Below, piece by piece: positions 35,611 to 49,700 of a DNA stretch of 64,000 nucleotides. The translations under genes were made by a program, and so were the position numbers. Positions within the stretch are counted from its first letter, which is position 1. Each line of letters starts with the position of its first letter. The notes below the pieces were generated by a model. It was not told the origin of the DNA and did no database searches. It worked only from the letters and a program-made list of their open reading frames with translations. The stretch is from the human T2T-CHM13v2.0 reference genome, Homo sapiens. The stretch lies in assembly GCF_009914755.1 (NCBI RefSeq), contig NC_060946.1, one strand, 5' to 3'.

Positions 35611-37544
35611 GCCGGCCAGTGGGGCCTGCAAGGAGGGCGGCTAGGCGGGAGGGCTCTGGGTGTTGTCAAGGTCGCCCCATCCCAGTGCATTCGTGTTTGG
35701 GGGTGTGTCTGCTCACAGCTCCCTGAAAGGAGCAGCGCACTTTTGTTCTTCCCTCTAGAGCCAGCTCCAGGTCGACAGCTTCAAGGGGGGCCCAGGTGGA
35801 AGTGACAGCCCCTGGTTGGAGCCCGGCCCCGGGTCTGGCTGGGGCAGGTGCTGGAACGTGGGAGCCAGAATGTTGGCATGAGGCAGGGGAGGCCAGGAAG
35901 CCAGGGATCCAGGGTGGGGGAAGGAGGGAGGAGCCATGGGTCACATGTTTCATTTGTTAAAACTGAATAAATGTATAAAAGTATAAAAGAATGCTTTTGA
36001 GGGGTAATTGGGTGCACCTGATAGGAAGGAAGGTGGAAAGAAATCTAAGCCGTACAAAAAGCATTCGGTAAAAACTAGGTCTCTTTGCTCCCTCCCTCCC
36101 CACCTCCCCACCCCAAAGGCCCCCAGAGGCCCCTTGGCTTCTGAAACATTCTTCCAGAGAATCTACCCAGGGGTGTGTGTGTGTGTCTGTGTGTGTGTAG
36201 GGGTGCTGCAAAGAGCCTGTTTGCTATAATTGTGTGGGAAGAAATAGTTTCATCTTGAAAACCCCTTAGCCAGAAAGATTCGGGTCCTTCTAGAGAAAAA
36301 CCTTCTAGGGAGTTTTTAGGGTGGGAGACACTGAGTGGGTTCTTTAGGGTCCGGGTCCCAGTGCTAGCGCCCTTCACCAGGGGACAGTGCTTTGTAGTTT
36401 GCAAAGTCCCCTTTTGTGTTTTACACTTGAAATGGACTTTGGTCCTCCCAGCAGCTCAGGCTGGGGGTGTTAGTTTTCCCCATTGCACAGATGGAGACCA
36501 GGGCCAGAGAGATTAAGGGACAGCTACGTGCCACACAGCTGGTGACAGAGGCTAGAGTGTGGATCAGGGCATCCTGACCCCTCCGCCTGCCATGGTGATT
36601 TTCCAGATGGTTAGGGGAAGGCAGGAGGAGTTGTAGGGTTGGAGGAGGGAATCTGGCCTGTGTTCCCAGGGAGCCGGCAGGCACCAATCAGCTGACCCTG
36701 CTTAATTTAAGCCCTTCAAACTTATGGGTTCCTAAAGCCACTTGGAGTCAGCCTTCAAAATGCTCTCCTGTTCTCCCTCCTCCTCCTTCTCCCTCCTCCC
36801 TCTTCCCCCTTGTCAGGAATCTGTAAGAAGAGGGGAGAGTGGATTATAATGGCCCCCCGCGGAACTCACCTGCCATGAAAGGGTGTTAAATAACACGCAA
36901 TTTACATGTCTTCCCTGTAGGAAATTATAGAATCAGAGCTTTCAAATTAGCAATAGATTTTTCTAATTGAATCTCTTTCCCGTATGGCAGGTGAAGTGAG
37001 AAATGATCAGGTAGTTCAGTTTCCCCTGCAAATGGACCACCAGACAATTGAAGGAATTAAATGCTTCTTAAAAGTGCAGGTAAAATTGTTGTTATTTTCT
37101 GGGAAGTTTGTCTGCCTAAAGATATTGCAGGTGCATTTGTGTCCATGTGATCACTGTGTGACAAGATGAAGGGTGTCTGCACCCAAAGAGGAGAATGATA
37201 TGGAGGAAAGTGGATCTGGAAAACAGAAACTGGGGTGGGTGCTCCTGGGCCACCTCCCGCCTCTCCCACCAGCTCTTAGCTCAGAGCCAGGCTCTGGGCC
37301 TTGCTCTGGAGCCTCTCAGTCATTTTGACCTTTCTGAGCCTCAGTTTCTTCCTCTGTAAAAGGTGACCATAGCATGGATATGGTTCATGTGAGGAAGGAA
37401 CAAGACAAAGCCTGTGCAGTACTTAACACAGTGCCCGGCACATAGTAGGTGTTCAATACACAAACATATCTCTATACTACCACTACTAATTCTTCTTCCT
37501 GTCATTGCTATTTGTTTGCCTGGTGGATTCATTGTCCATTGGTG

Positions 37545-38335
37545 CAAAATAAATTAGCACAATACTTGGAGGCTTACAGCAAAACACATTTATGATCTCC
37601 TGGTCTCTGTGGGGCAGGAGGCTGCACCGTGTCATCAGGTCCTTTGCTCTAGGGTCTTTTTTTTTTTTTTTTTTTTTGAGACAGAGTCTTGCTCTGTCAC
37701 CCAGGCTGGAGTGCAGTGGTGTGATCTTGGCTTACTGCAACTTCTGCCTCCTGGGTTCAAGCGATTCTCCTGTCTCATCTTCCTGAGTAGCTGGGATTAC
37801 AGGTACATGCCACCATGCCTGGCTAATTTTTGTATTTTTAATAGAGACAGGGTTTCACCATGTTGGCCAGGCTGGTCTTGAACTCCTGACCTCATGTGAT
37901 CTGCCCACCCCAGCCTCCCAAAGTGCTGGAATTACAGGTGTGAACCACTGCACCCGGCCAAGCTCTAGGGTCTTTGACAAGGCTACAATCAGGGTGGGAG
38001 AACAGGGTCTGCAATCTCACCTGAAAGCACCACCGGGGAAGGATCTGCTTCCTAACTCACATGGTTCTGGCAGAATTCAGCTCCCTGCAGACTGTTGGAC
38101 TGGAGGACCTCAGCTCCTCAGCTCCTGGCCCCATGGGCCTCTCCACAATGGCAGTTGCTTCATCACTGCTGGCAAGATGGAGGCCATACACTTACATCAC
38201 CTCATTGCAGAAATGACATTGTCCCATCACCTTTGGTGTACCCCATTGGCTAGAACCGAGTGTCCACACTCCAGAGGAAGTGTGTGACTACTGGGAGGCA
38301 GACATTGCTGAGGGCCTCTTAGACTCGGCCCAACA
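37545..38335 (-). mobile_element. MLT1 (E/F-like) MaLR LTR interrupted by an Alu
   Basis: GGCTTACAGCAAAACACATTTAT, CAAGGCTACAATCAGGGTG, GGGGAAGGATCTGCTTCC, TGGCAGAATTCAG. Confidence 0.72.
37657..37958 (-). mobile_element. Alu
   Basis: Antisense Alu; TSD GCTCTAGGGTCTTT. Confidence 0.95.
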
Positions 38336-39015
38336 CAGTAATCACCAGGGGCCCAAGGCAGAAGTTTCGTCAGAAGAAAAGGTGGTACCTGAGCCGGTCA
38401 TGGTTCCTTGCCAGGTGGGGTGACCCAAACCTTCATTCCTAACGAGTCTGGGCTCTCAGTCCTGCCTTAACAGGGTTGTTGTGGTTTCTGTTGACTTTTT
38501 TCCAGTCCTGATTCTGCTGTCAAGGACCTGGGCCCTCTCCAGACTCAGGGCACTTTGACCCTGGGGATGTCACTTTGACCCAAGCCCTGATAGGTTGCTC
38601 TATACCTGTGATGCTCTTTGCTGTGGTGACTCAGCAGGACTCCTAGTCCTTTAGGGCAGGAGAAATCTCACTGGGAGAATCATCCACCTCAAACCAAACC
38701 TGCACCCAGGAAAACCTCTTGATTTTGATTAGAATCAAACCTTCCTAACCAAATTTAGCACTTATGACATCTGTCTCGGAAACATTGACCTTGGGAGAAA
38801 GCCATGGCTAGCAAAGGAAACCCATGGTGGCAGAAGCTAACTTGGGATGTGGCTGGAAACTGTTCGGAGGATGAAGTCTTCAGTGGAAACGTCACAGGGG
38901 GAAATATGGATGCCAGTGAAAATAAGTTCAGTGAAATGGAAATGAACATACAAATAATAAGTTAGAAACTGTTTGAAACACACTCGATAGAAGACCAGCC
39001 AAGGAACTAAATTCA

Positions 39016-39728
<713 letters not shown>

Positions 39729-40704
39729 TCACGTATGAACATGCAAGTGCAAAAGCCCAGAGCAGGAGACAGCAGGTGCCCAGGCTCAGCCGGGGGTCAC
39801 TGTGGTAGGGACCTTGCCAGATGGTGGGCAGCTTGAAGCAGCAAGGAATGAGTAAAGTCTGTAAAAGGAGAGAGAGAGAGAGAGAGAACGAGAGAGAGAG
39901 AGAACAAGAGCACACGTATGTGTGTGCCGGAGTCAGTAGTGGGTGGGGAGGAATGACCATCAAGCCTTTACCATGTCCTTACCTGGCCTCTGTGATCTAC
40001 TAGAGACCCCAAGACAGTCCCAGGTGGAAGGTATTATTATTTGCCATTTTACAGATGAAGATCCAGGCTCGGGGAGTCTCTGCTCCAAGCCTTCACGACA
40101 GGCAGGTCCTAAGCCTAGGTCTGTCTGTCTTTCTGTGTCTCCAAAACTCCCTCAAGAACATGGCCGTCAGGCCCAGTCTTCCTGTGGGATCCTTTCTTGG
40201 GATGAAATCTTCCCTCCCTCAAGTATCCCTCTAATGAAAAGCACCCTTGTCTTACCCCTGGAAACTCTCTTTCTCTATTTCTTCCTCCACCCCCCACCCT
40301 TGGCTTCACCCTCCTGTGGCCCTTTGTCCCAGGCCTCAGCCTCCAGGCCTTTCCCAACCTGGGCCGGGCCACTGCCACCCCTCTATTCCCCACTCCCCTT
40401 TCCCCTGCTGGGCCCCTCTCAGGAGGCCCCCGGTGAGGTCATCCCTGTGTCAACAGGAGCTGCACAATGGGGCCGGCCTCTTTCTGCTGAAGAGGGAGAA
40501 TTGGGGTGGGGGAGAAAAAGGCAGGAGACTCTGCAATTACAGGGTCCACAATGGGGCCGTAGTCGAGGGGGCTGGACTGGGTGGCGGGGGGGGGACCTCT
40601 GCTAATTAGAGCCGCTGCATGGGGACTCTGTGGTGGGGGAGGGGCTGTGGGCCAGGCAGGGCCTGGGAAGATCAGCCCAGGTGGGTCCTGACGTTCCTAG
40701 TTCA

Positions 40705-41200
40705 ATTGTTCGTTCGTTCATCTGTGCCGTAAATATTGCCTGAGCACCTACTATGTGTCAGGCACTGTGTGAAACACCAAGGACACAGCAGGGACCTCAG
40801 GGATGGGGCCCTACCCTGATGGAGCCAACCCCGTAGAGGGTAAGACAGAAAGTAAACAGATAAACACACACAACAGATAAATGTGTGCCAGACTTTCAAG
40901 ACGAGTCGAGTGCCATGAAGGAAATAAAATATCATGAAATCTCAGAGCAGTAGGGGTGTGTGTGGGGTGGGGAAGCAATATTAGCAAGGTGATCAGGGTG
41001 GGCTTCTTGGAGGAGGTGATATCTGAGGTGAGATCTGGAAAGCAAGACATGGCAGCCATGTCACAACCAGGGGAGAAATGTTCTGGGCAGAGGACATAGC
41101 AGTTCAGTGCAAAGGCCCTGAGGCAGGAACACCCCTGGCATGTGTGAGACCAGAAACATGGTGGGTGTGGCAGGAGAGCAGTGGGTTGGGAAGAGGGGTG
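40705..41200 (-). mobile_element. L2 fragment
   Basis: TGAGCACCTACTATGTGTCAGGCACTGTG, GGAGGAGGTGATATCTGAG, GTGCAAAGGCCCTGAGGCAGGAAC. Confidence 0.8.
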
Positions 41201-41229
41201 GATGGTGGAGAAGGGGAGCTGTGAACAGC

Positions 41230-41782
<553 letters not shown>

Positions 41783-43037
41783 TAATGAGACTGACATTAA
41801 TGAAGCTTCTACTGTGTGCTGACACCTCCTAGACCCCTTCATGCACCTTTTCCCATTTAATTCTTGCAAAGAGGTCCAGAGAGGTTAAACAGCATGACCA
41901 AGGTGGCCCAGCTCTTACATCAGGGAGTCAGCTCTTGAGCTTATGTGTGCCTGACCCCCTCACCAGGCTCTTCCCACTTTGCCAGGCCTTTTTGCTCCCA
42001 CATCCACCCTTCTTCATAAGCCAGCTGCATGCTATAGCACTCATCAAAGCCTTTCTCATGTAAGAGCTGGTGTGGGGGACCTGGATGGGGCAATGATAAC
42101 AGGCACAGCTAATTTCCATTGAGTGCTTACCACCTGCTTGCTGCTGCCTGGAACTCCATCTTGGGTACTTTTTTCCACAGTCCTGTGGCACAGGGCCTGA
42201 TGTTATCAGCCTCATTTTACAGATGAAGAAACTGAGGCTCAGAGAGGATGCCAGGCCTCCCCTAGGTGCCATGGTTCTCACCACACAGATGAGGGAATGA
42301 GGCTGGATCCCAGCTCCTCCTGAATCGCAGGCAGCCTTGGCCAGCAGGCTGCTGGGCTTTCTCTGCCTCCCTTCTTCTTCCTGCTTGTTCCAAGATATGT
42401 CATCCTGCCAAGCGCTGGGGCTTAAGGCAGTCGAGACGAGAGTTGGGTCTTGGGGAAATTCTGGGCAGGAGAATGCTGGTGGGGGGGGCTCTGAGAGCAG
42501 AGGGGGCTCCTTGTGGCTCCCTCCCACCCCAGCCGCTCAGCGTGGATAGTAGAGGTGACCTTGGTACAGACATGGAGTTTCACCAGCCTGGAAGGGAGGG
42601 CCTGGATGCCAGGGGCTGGTGATGTTGTCCCTGTTTCCAGCTCTGCCCAGCACGGCTCCAGCCCAGTGTGGGGGGGTCCGATGGGGCTGAAGCCTTGGGA
42701 AACTCGAAGGCCTCTCAGTGGAGGGGACAGCTGGGCCAGACATGTGGACCAGTGGGAGGGATAGCTGTCCTGGCTCTGCCTGAGATGGGACCCCAGGGCT
42801 GCCAGCCTCCTAAGGGACAGAGACATTGGGATCGGCCCTGGTGAGCCCTGGGTAGGTCCTCGGGAAGCCACCTCCCTACCACAGTAAAGCACTGTGCCCT
42901 CCTCCTTTCACCCGGGCTTGGTGGGTCAAATCCAGGCTCTACCCGGCCTGGTGGCTCAGGCGCGATTTCCTCTTGTATTCCAGGGGTCTGGCAACAGTCA
43001 TCTCTCAGGGGTTGTGAGGATGAAGGCAGGTGTGTAA

Positions 43038-43482
<445 letters not shown>

Positions 43483-43959
43483 GGATACTTTTCTAAATGC
43501 TCTACTGCCCTGACTTATTTAATCCTCATGCTGGCCCTGCGAGGTGGAGACTAAGATTGGCATCTTCCCATTTTACAGATGAAGGAGAAAGGGGCCCGGA
43601 GCCGCACAGTGATTGCCCGAGGTCACCACCCGGCCCCTGAGTGGTGGGGCTGGGCGCCTGGCTCAGAGCCTGAGGTCCTGGCCTCTCTTCCAGGCTTCTG
43701 TTTCGCCCCCTGGGTAGAAGCTGCTCCTTCACCTCCACCACTGGCAGGAGCAGAGAGGCCCAAACCAGGGCTGCTTGTCAAAGGGATGAGGGAGGGCTGG
43801 AATGGCCTTTGCTGGGGCGGCGCTCACAGTGATTAGAGTCTGGGGTGATGTGGCAGGCAGGGAGGTGAGGACAGAGAGAGTGGGGAGCTGATGAGGCTGG
43901 GGGTGGTGGGCCCTTGGCTGGGGCAGGGCCTGGGGCAGGAAGCAGGATCGGTCCTGCAT

Positions 43960-44043
43960 CTCTGTTAAGAGCCGGGCTGCTCAGCAGCAGGCGCCATGGC
44001 AGCCGAATCCCAGGCAGAAGGAAGCAGCCTGCGGAGGGTGAGC
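43960..44043 (+). other. Candidate alternative coding first exon (MAAESQAEGSSLRR)
   Basis: GCGCCATGG Kozak at 43996, 14 codons, then AGG|GTGAGC donor at 44038; TTAAGA ~30 bp upstream of the ATG; mildly CpG-enriched. Confidence 0.3.
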
Positions 44044-44970
44044 AGGCACCAGCGGCTGCCCTGTAGCCAGGGCACTCCGCCGCCACCGCACACGGCACAG
44101 GCTGAGCGCTGGGGGCAAATACAGCTCAGCAATGCTCCGCGCTGCGGGTGGCAGCAAGAACCCCTGGGGCTGGGGGCAAACACCAGGCCTGGCACCTGGG
44201 CGTCTGCACCTCCCTGAAGCTGAATCCACGGCACAATCTCTGCTCAGCCTCTGTTTGCAGTGTAAACACCCGCTTTCCTGTGCGGGCCGCCTGGTCCTGC
44301 CCGCCCTCCCTCACTGCGAGGGGTGCAAGGGGAGGGGCGTCCACTTGGCTCCTGCAGTGTCCTGGGCCCGTGGGTGGCTGTGTTTGAACGTGAGCTTCAG
44401 ATGGGCTGTTTGTGTGGCACCAATGACTGCCGCCAAAGAGAGGGAGAAGGCTGGGACCACGTTGGCACTGGTCAGCCTGGAGGGTGCAGACACAGGCCAA
44501 GGGCTAGCGACAGCCTGGAAAACTGGCATGGTGTGGGCACAGTAAGCAGAGGGCATGGTGCAGACGAAGGCAGGGAACCAGGAACTCAATCCTGGATCAC
44601 ATTTATAGGAAATATCAGGACCCTGGAGTGAGCGATGTGAGGCTGGGCTCTGCACTGGATCACCTGTGCCTCTTTTGCTGGTGCTGAGCTCAATACCTGA
44701 CATAAACAGGGGCCCTCGCTCTCCAGGCAACTATCCAAAGGGGGGCCCCTTAATCCTCATCTTCCTGGCAGATGGGCATAGAAAGCCCATTTTGCAGATG
44801 AGGAAACTGAGGTTTTGACATGGTGTCCGGACTTGCCCAAGGTTGTGCAGGGGGCAGGTGGCAGGTGGCAGAGTCAGAACGGGAATCTTGGTCCAACAAG
44901 TGCCAAAGCTCCCACAATAGTCCTGGAATTGCCCTCGTTGAGAACTCAAATGCCCACTGCCTCCTTCCTG

Positions 44971-45073
44971 AGGTTGTTGGTGTGCAGGGCTGCCGGTGTG
45001 CGGGGCTGCTGGTGTGCGGGGTTGCTGGTATGTGGGGTTGCTGGTGTTGGCTTGCTAGTGAGTGTGGTTGCTG
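44971..45073. repeat. Degenerate 16-bp tandem repeat (GGGCTGCTGGTGTGCG), ~6 copies
   Basis: Read directly. Confidence 0.8.
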
Positions 45074-47134
45074 TTCTCTGGAGTTCATTTGCTGGTGGTG
45101 ACCAGAGTGGGCATCTGCCCAGGACATCCGGGGCTTGGCAGGAGCTGACCCCACCTGAGGCCTCCATGTGAGAGCTGGGGCACCTGCAGGCTGGGCTCTT
45201 CCTGGCCTCCCCAGGCCGGGCTAAAGAGGGCATCATGGTCAAGCAGAGGTCTGGCTCAGGCCCCTGGAAGGAGGGCCAAGGCCTGAGGAGAGGAAGTCTA
45301 ACCAGTCTCCCCCACTATGGCCATGACATTCACTGGAAGTAGCAGTTGGGATGTGGTCAGGGCCAGGAAGAGAGGCTGGACACCAAGGTCCTGATCCTGG
45401 TCCCAGCTCTGCCATGGATGTGCCCCTTGGATGAGCTGCTTCCCCTCATTTTCCATCTGTCAAATGTGGATGACCTTGGCTTTGCTAGGTGGCCCTGGGA
45501 ACACAGCACAGCCATTTCCCAACACATTTCAGACAGTGGTCTCTTCTAGCCAAGGAAACCTCTGCCCCCGATGGACACTGGAGTCATTATTCTCAACATA
45601 ATGGAGGATCGCTCCCGAGTGCTGGAGACTCAGAGGCATAGGGAGATGCCTCGTTTTTCGGGGGATGTCTCCCCTTCTTATCACCATCATCCTAGCCCCC
45701 ATGGGGACCCTCTCCTCAAGGTCCCCTATGGCATCCCATTGCTAAGTCCAAGTTCTCCTACAGGATCTGGTCTCACCCCTCCCTGCTCTCCCCGCACTCC
45801 TTCCTCTGCACCCTTCTCCTGGATTTTGGGTTCCTCAGGACCCAGTCCTGGCCCCCTCTCTTCTGGCCATTTCCTATAAGATCCTGACTACTCCCGTGGC
45901 CTCCTGGGCCACCTGTGTCACTGCCAGTCACCCCTAAGTCCCCGATCAAAGCTCAGGCCTCTCTCCTTGTGGCCCCTGCCCTCTAGCCAGCTCTCTTGTG
46001 TACCCCACAGAACCTCATGCTCAAGTGTTTCCAACTGAACTCTTCATCCTCCCCCTAGCTGGCTTCCTGCCCTCGATCCCCCCATGTCACCCAGCGAGCC
46101 CCACTGGGTGTCCTGGAGGAGCCCAGGCCGGTGGCTCCTCTCCCTCTACCTGTCCTCAGTGGCCTGGGTTCAGCTGCTCACCCTCTATCTCTCCCTGTCC
46201 ACTCCCTCCCTCCTCCCAGTCATCTCCTGGGCTCCTATTACCAGTGTCATTGTTGGAAACAGGGGTCTCTCATGTCTGTCTTGCTGCATGGACCGAAGTC
46301 CGTCGGCCGCCTCGGGGGTCCTCTCCATTGGGACATTACCCTACTTCCTCTCCACCAGGGCACACCTGGTACACACCTCCACTGGGGACCTACCACACCT
46401 CTTCTTCCTCCTCTTCACCAGGGCACACGTGGCTCCCTCCCACTGCAGGGCCTTTGTCTGGGTTGATCCAGAGACGCAAGGACACAGTGCCCAGGGATCT
46501 TTCCTTGGGGGCCTGTCCACCTCCCTCCTGTAAAATGGGAAGCTGCGTGTCGGTGACTGCCTCGCCCACAGGCTCTTTCTTCTCTGGGACTGGCCAGACT
46601 CCCTCCAGATGGCCCCACCCCTGCCATGGCTGATTGGTCCAGGCTGGACACGTGACCCAAGTGAAACCCAATGGGATTCTCTCCTGTGATTCTGAACCCG
46701 GGGAGGAGACCTGGAGCCTGGAGGTGGCAGCGACTTGGGAGCCGCGTGGGCCTGTCTGTTCCACACACTGCCTTCTTGCCCCTTCCTTCAACCTATGGCC
46801 CCCTCAGAGGACAACCTTTTTCCTTAAACTCCTCGGACGAGGTTCCTGTGGCAGCCGAGAGAGTCACGCAGCGGGGGTGCCTTCCCCGCCTGTGGGGGAG
46901 CCCCAGGCGGCCCGCACAGTCTCGTGGTGGTCGGGCCTGGCCACGTGTGCTCCTCGGTCCCCATGTGGCCCCAGCAGGGCGCCCGCCTCCCTCCCAGGGC
47001 TTCCTCCCCCAGGAGGGATAGCAGGAAGGCAGGCAAGGACAGGACCTGAGTCCACACCTCGTCCGCGGTCACCTGCCTGACCAGGAGGAAGGGGAGGGGA
47101 CAGGAGTGATTCCACGGAGGTCACCTGGGAGCTG

Positions 47135-47268
47135 GGGCTGGGCGACCCCAGGGCTGGATGACCTCAGGGCTGGGTGACCTCAGGGCTGGGTGATCTCAGG
47201 GCTGGGTGACTTCAAGGCTGGGTGACCTCAGGGCTGGATGACCTCAGGGCTGGGTGACCCCAGGGCTG
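47135..47268. repeat. 16-bp minisatellite (ACCTCAGGGCTGGGTG), ~8 copies
   Basis: Units start at 47145, 47161, 47177, 47193, 47209, 47225, 47241 and 47257. Confidence 0.93.
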
Positions 47269-49549
47269 ACTATTGGCGGAGCACCTGGGGTGGGTGCCAT
47301 GGGCACCTGAGAGGGAACTTTGACCTGAGCGGAGGTCAGAACCCTCCTCTGAGGAAGTGCCCCACCCCACTGAGCTCCCAGAGGCTGGTGGCAGGTTGAA
47401 CAGGGGACTATGCCAGCAGAGGGACTGCCTTCCAGAGACTTTGGATCATCACCACGATGGGTTGATTTTACAAATTTAGCCACTGTCACCGGAGGCCTGG
47501 CTGAACTTCAGAGTTTCTTCTCCAGCGTCGGTTTCTTGGTTTGTAATGGGGAGGGCTGGATCCCCCTGCACTGATACTCCCATGGCATGGCTGCGGGAGG
47601 GGCGCCCATCCTGCTGGCCTGGTGGCTGTGGAGCGGCCGGAGGTGGCGTGTGCCAAAGCTGCTGCTGGTGCTCCCTCTGGCTGCCTTGGGGTGATGACAG
47701 GAGCTGACGGCTTGGCAGCAGCTCCCAGGGAGGCAGCAGCCGGGCTGGCGGCGGGTGGTGGCGGTGGTGGGAGGGGGCTTCTGGAGAGAACAAAGCACTG
47801 AGGATGCTGGGCTCCAGGGGCGACAGAGGAGTGGGGGATGGGGGCAGGGTTCTGGAGTGTGTGGCCCACAGGGAGGCCATGGCACGGGTGTGTGTGCGGG
47901 TGTAGGATTTGGAACCCACCTCGTGGTTGTGTGAGCCCAGGCAGGTCACTTAGCCTCTCTGGGCCTCAGTTTCCACAGTTGTGCAATTGGAACAATACCA
48001 TCATTACATTATTGTATCCCCAGTGCTGAGAGTAGTGAGTGGCACAGAGTAGGCATTCACTGAATTTTTCTGGAGTCAACAAATCAATAGGTTTGATGGA
48101 AGACGGAACTGGCTAATTCATGCTCAGCTCAGTGATGGGCCCATGTTCGTTCTAGAGAAGCAGTATCTTTGTTATTGCTGCTGTGATTGTTTATCAAGGG
48201 TGCAGAGGACTGAGCCAGCATGGAGTCCCAGGGCAGGAGAAGAAAGTTGGTCAGTGCATCTGGATGAGGCTGGACTCTGGGACCAGACCATGGAGACTTG
48301 AGGGCCACAGCCGGGCGGCTGAGAGTGGGGGAGGGGCCCATATGCCAGGAGTGAGCAGGATGAGGTCTGAGCAAGACCACACTAGACACCAGGGAGAACG
48401 TTGGTGGCCCTGGCCTGGCCTGAGGAGGCAGGGAAGCAGAGAGGGCACCTGCGATGGCTGTTTAAGGAAACTCAGTTGAGGAGGTGGATGAGATGGGGCA
48501 GGAGTAGGAGGGTGAGGTGGGAGGGACAGAGGCCTGTTTCTTAGGTCAGTTGATGCGAGCAAGTATGAATGCAGATGGAGAGGGGTGGGTGCACCGGGCG
48601 TACCTGAAGGTGTGGAGAAGTGGGGTACCAAGTAGAGGGCTCTTGAGGGAGGCAGACACTGGAGGGGAGAGAGGAGTTTCAGGAAGGGCTGCAGCTTAGG
48701 GTTTAGGCTGGTGAGGGTTTCCTTGGTTCAGTGAGATACAAAGTATGCTTGTCTTCAAGGCAGAGAACTGGAGACCCCACGAGCTGTGAGGAGAGGAAGG
48801 TCTGGGGAGAGATGGCAGTGTGGAGGTGGCAGAGCCCTGCTGGACCACAGTGTGGCCCTGGTCAGCTCCAGACCCAGCCCTACAGGGACGTAATTGCCTC
48901 TGGGAGCCCAGTGGGTCTTTCACAGGGAGATACCAGCTTCTGTGGCAAGCTTTGAGATAACCATCCAAACTTCCAGCTGCCATTTTGCCTGTGGGGCACA
49001 GGTTCTGGGGGCACCCTGCAAGGCTGGCAGTCCCCAGGGCTCCATTGCATTTTGGGGAAACTGAGTGGTGGACACTGGGGTGGGGACAGGGAGCAGGAAC
49101 TCCAGGCCTGGCCTGGTGCGGAGGCTGCTTTACCAGTTTGCTGTATGCATGGGTCAGTTCACCTCTTTGTTCACTTATATGCCCACAGATTGCCTAAAGT
49201 TCCTTCCAGTCTAATACTCTGGGATTCTGGGCCAGTTTCTGGTCTGTCACAGCTGAATAAGAGTGCAAGGGCAGGAGTGGAATGTTCAGACTGCTCCAAG
49301 AGGACCTTGGCCCAGGTAGGAGTGGCGAGTGGATATTGTTTCTAGGGCCAAGCCCTCAGAATGGCTGCCTGGAGCCCTGTGCAAGGATTCTAGTTTAATA
49401 GGAAAGAGTTCTGTGATTGATTAGTGATGTCTGCTGTGGACACACAGTGGGAGGTATAGAGTTTGAGTAGTTTCTGCACTGCCCCTGCCTGGGCTTTTTC
49501 TTTTGCTAGTGGCACTAGAACTGGGTGCCACTCCAGCCCTACCAGAGAC

Positions 49550-49700
49550 TCAAGGTGTGACCTTGGGTAAGTCCATTCTTCCAGCCCAATTTTGTCATCT
49601 GTAAACTGGAGATAATACTGCCATCTTTCCTGGTGGTTATGAGGATTAAATGCATAATTTGTGCAGAGTGACCAGCTCAAGGGGGATGCTCAAACATAGC
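49550..49700 (+). mobile_element. MIR
   Basis: GTGTGACCTTGGGTAAGTC...TCATCTGTAAACTGGAGATAATA...GAGGATTAAATG. Confidence 0.8.

Noticed and set aside
46602-46615. CTCF-like CCTCCAGATGGCCC
   Set aside because: Two mismatches to the core and no upstream module; expected by chance in GC-rich DNA
47135-47268. CRISPR-like regular repeat
   Set aside because: Units are contiguous with no unique spacers, there are no cas genes, and the DNA is eukaryotic
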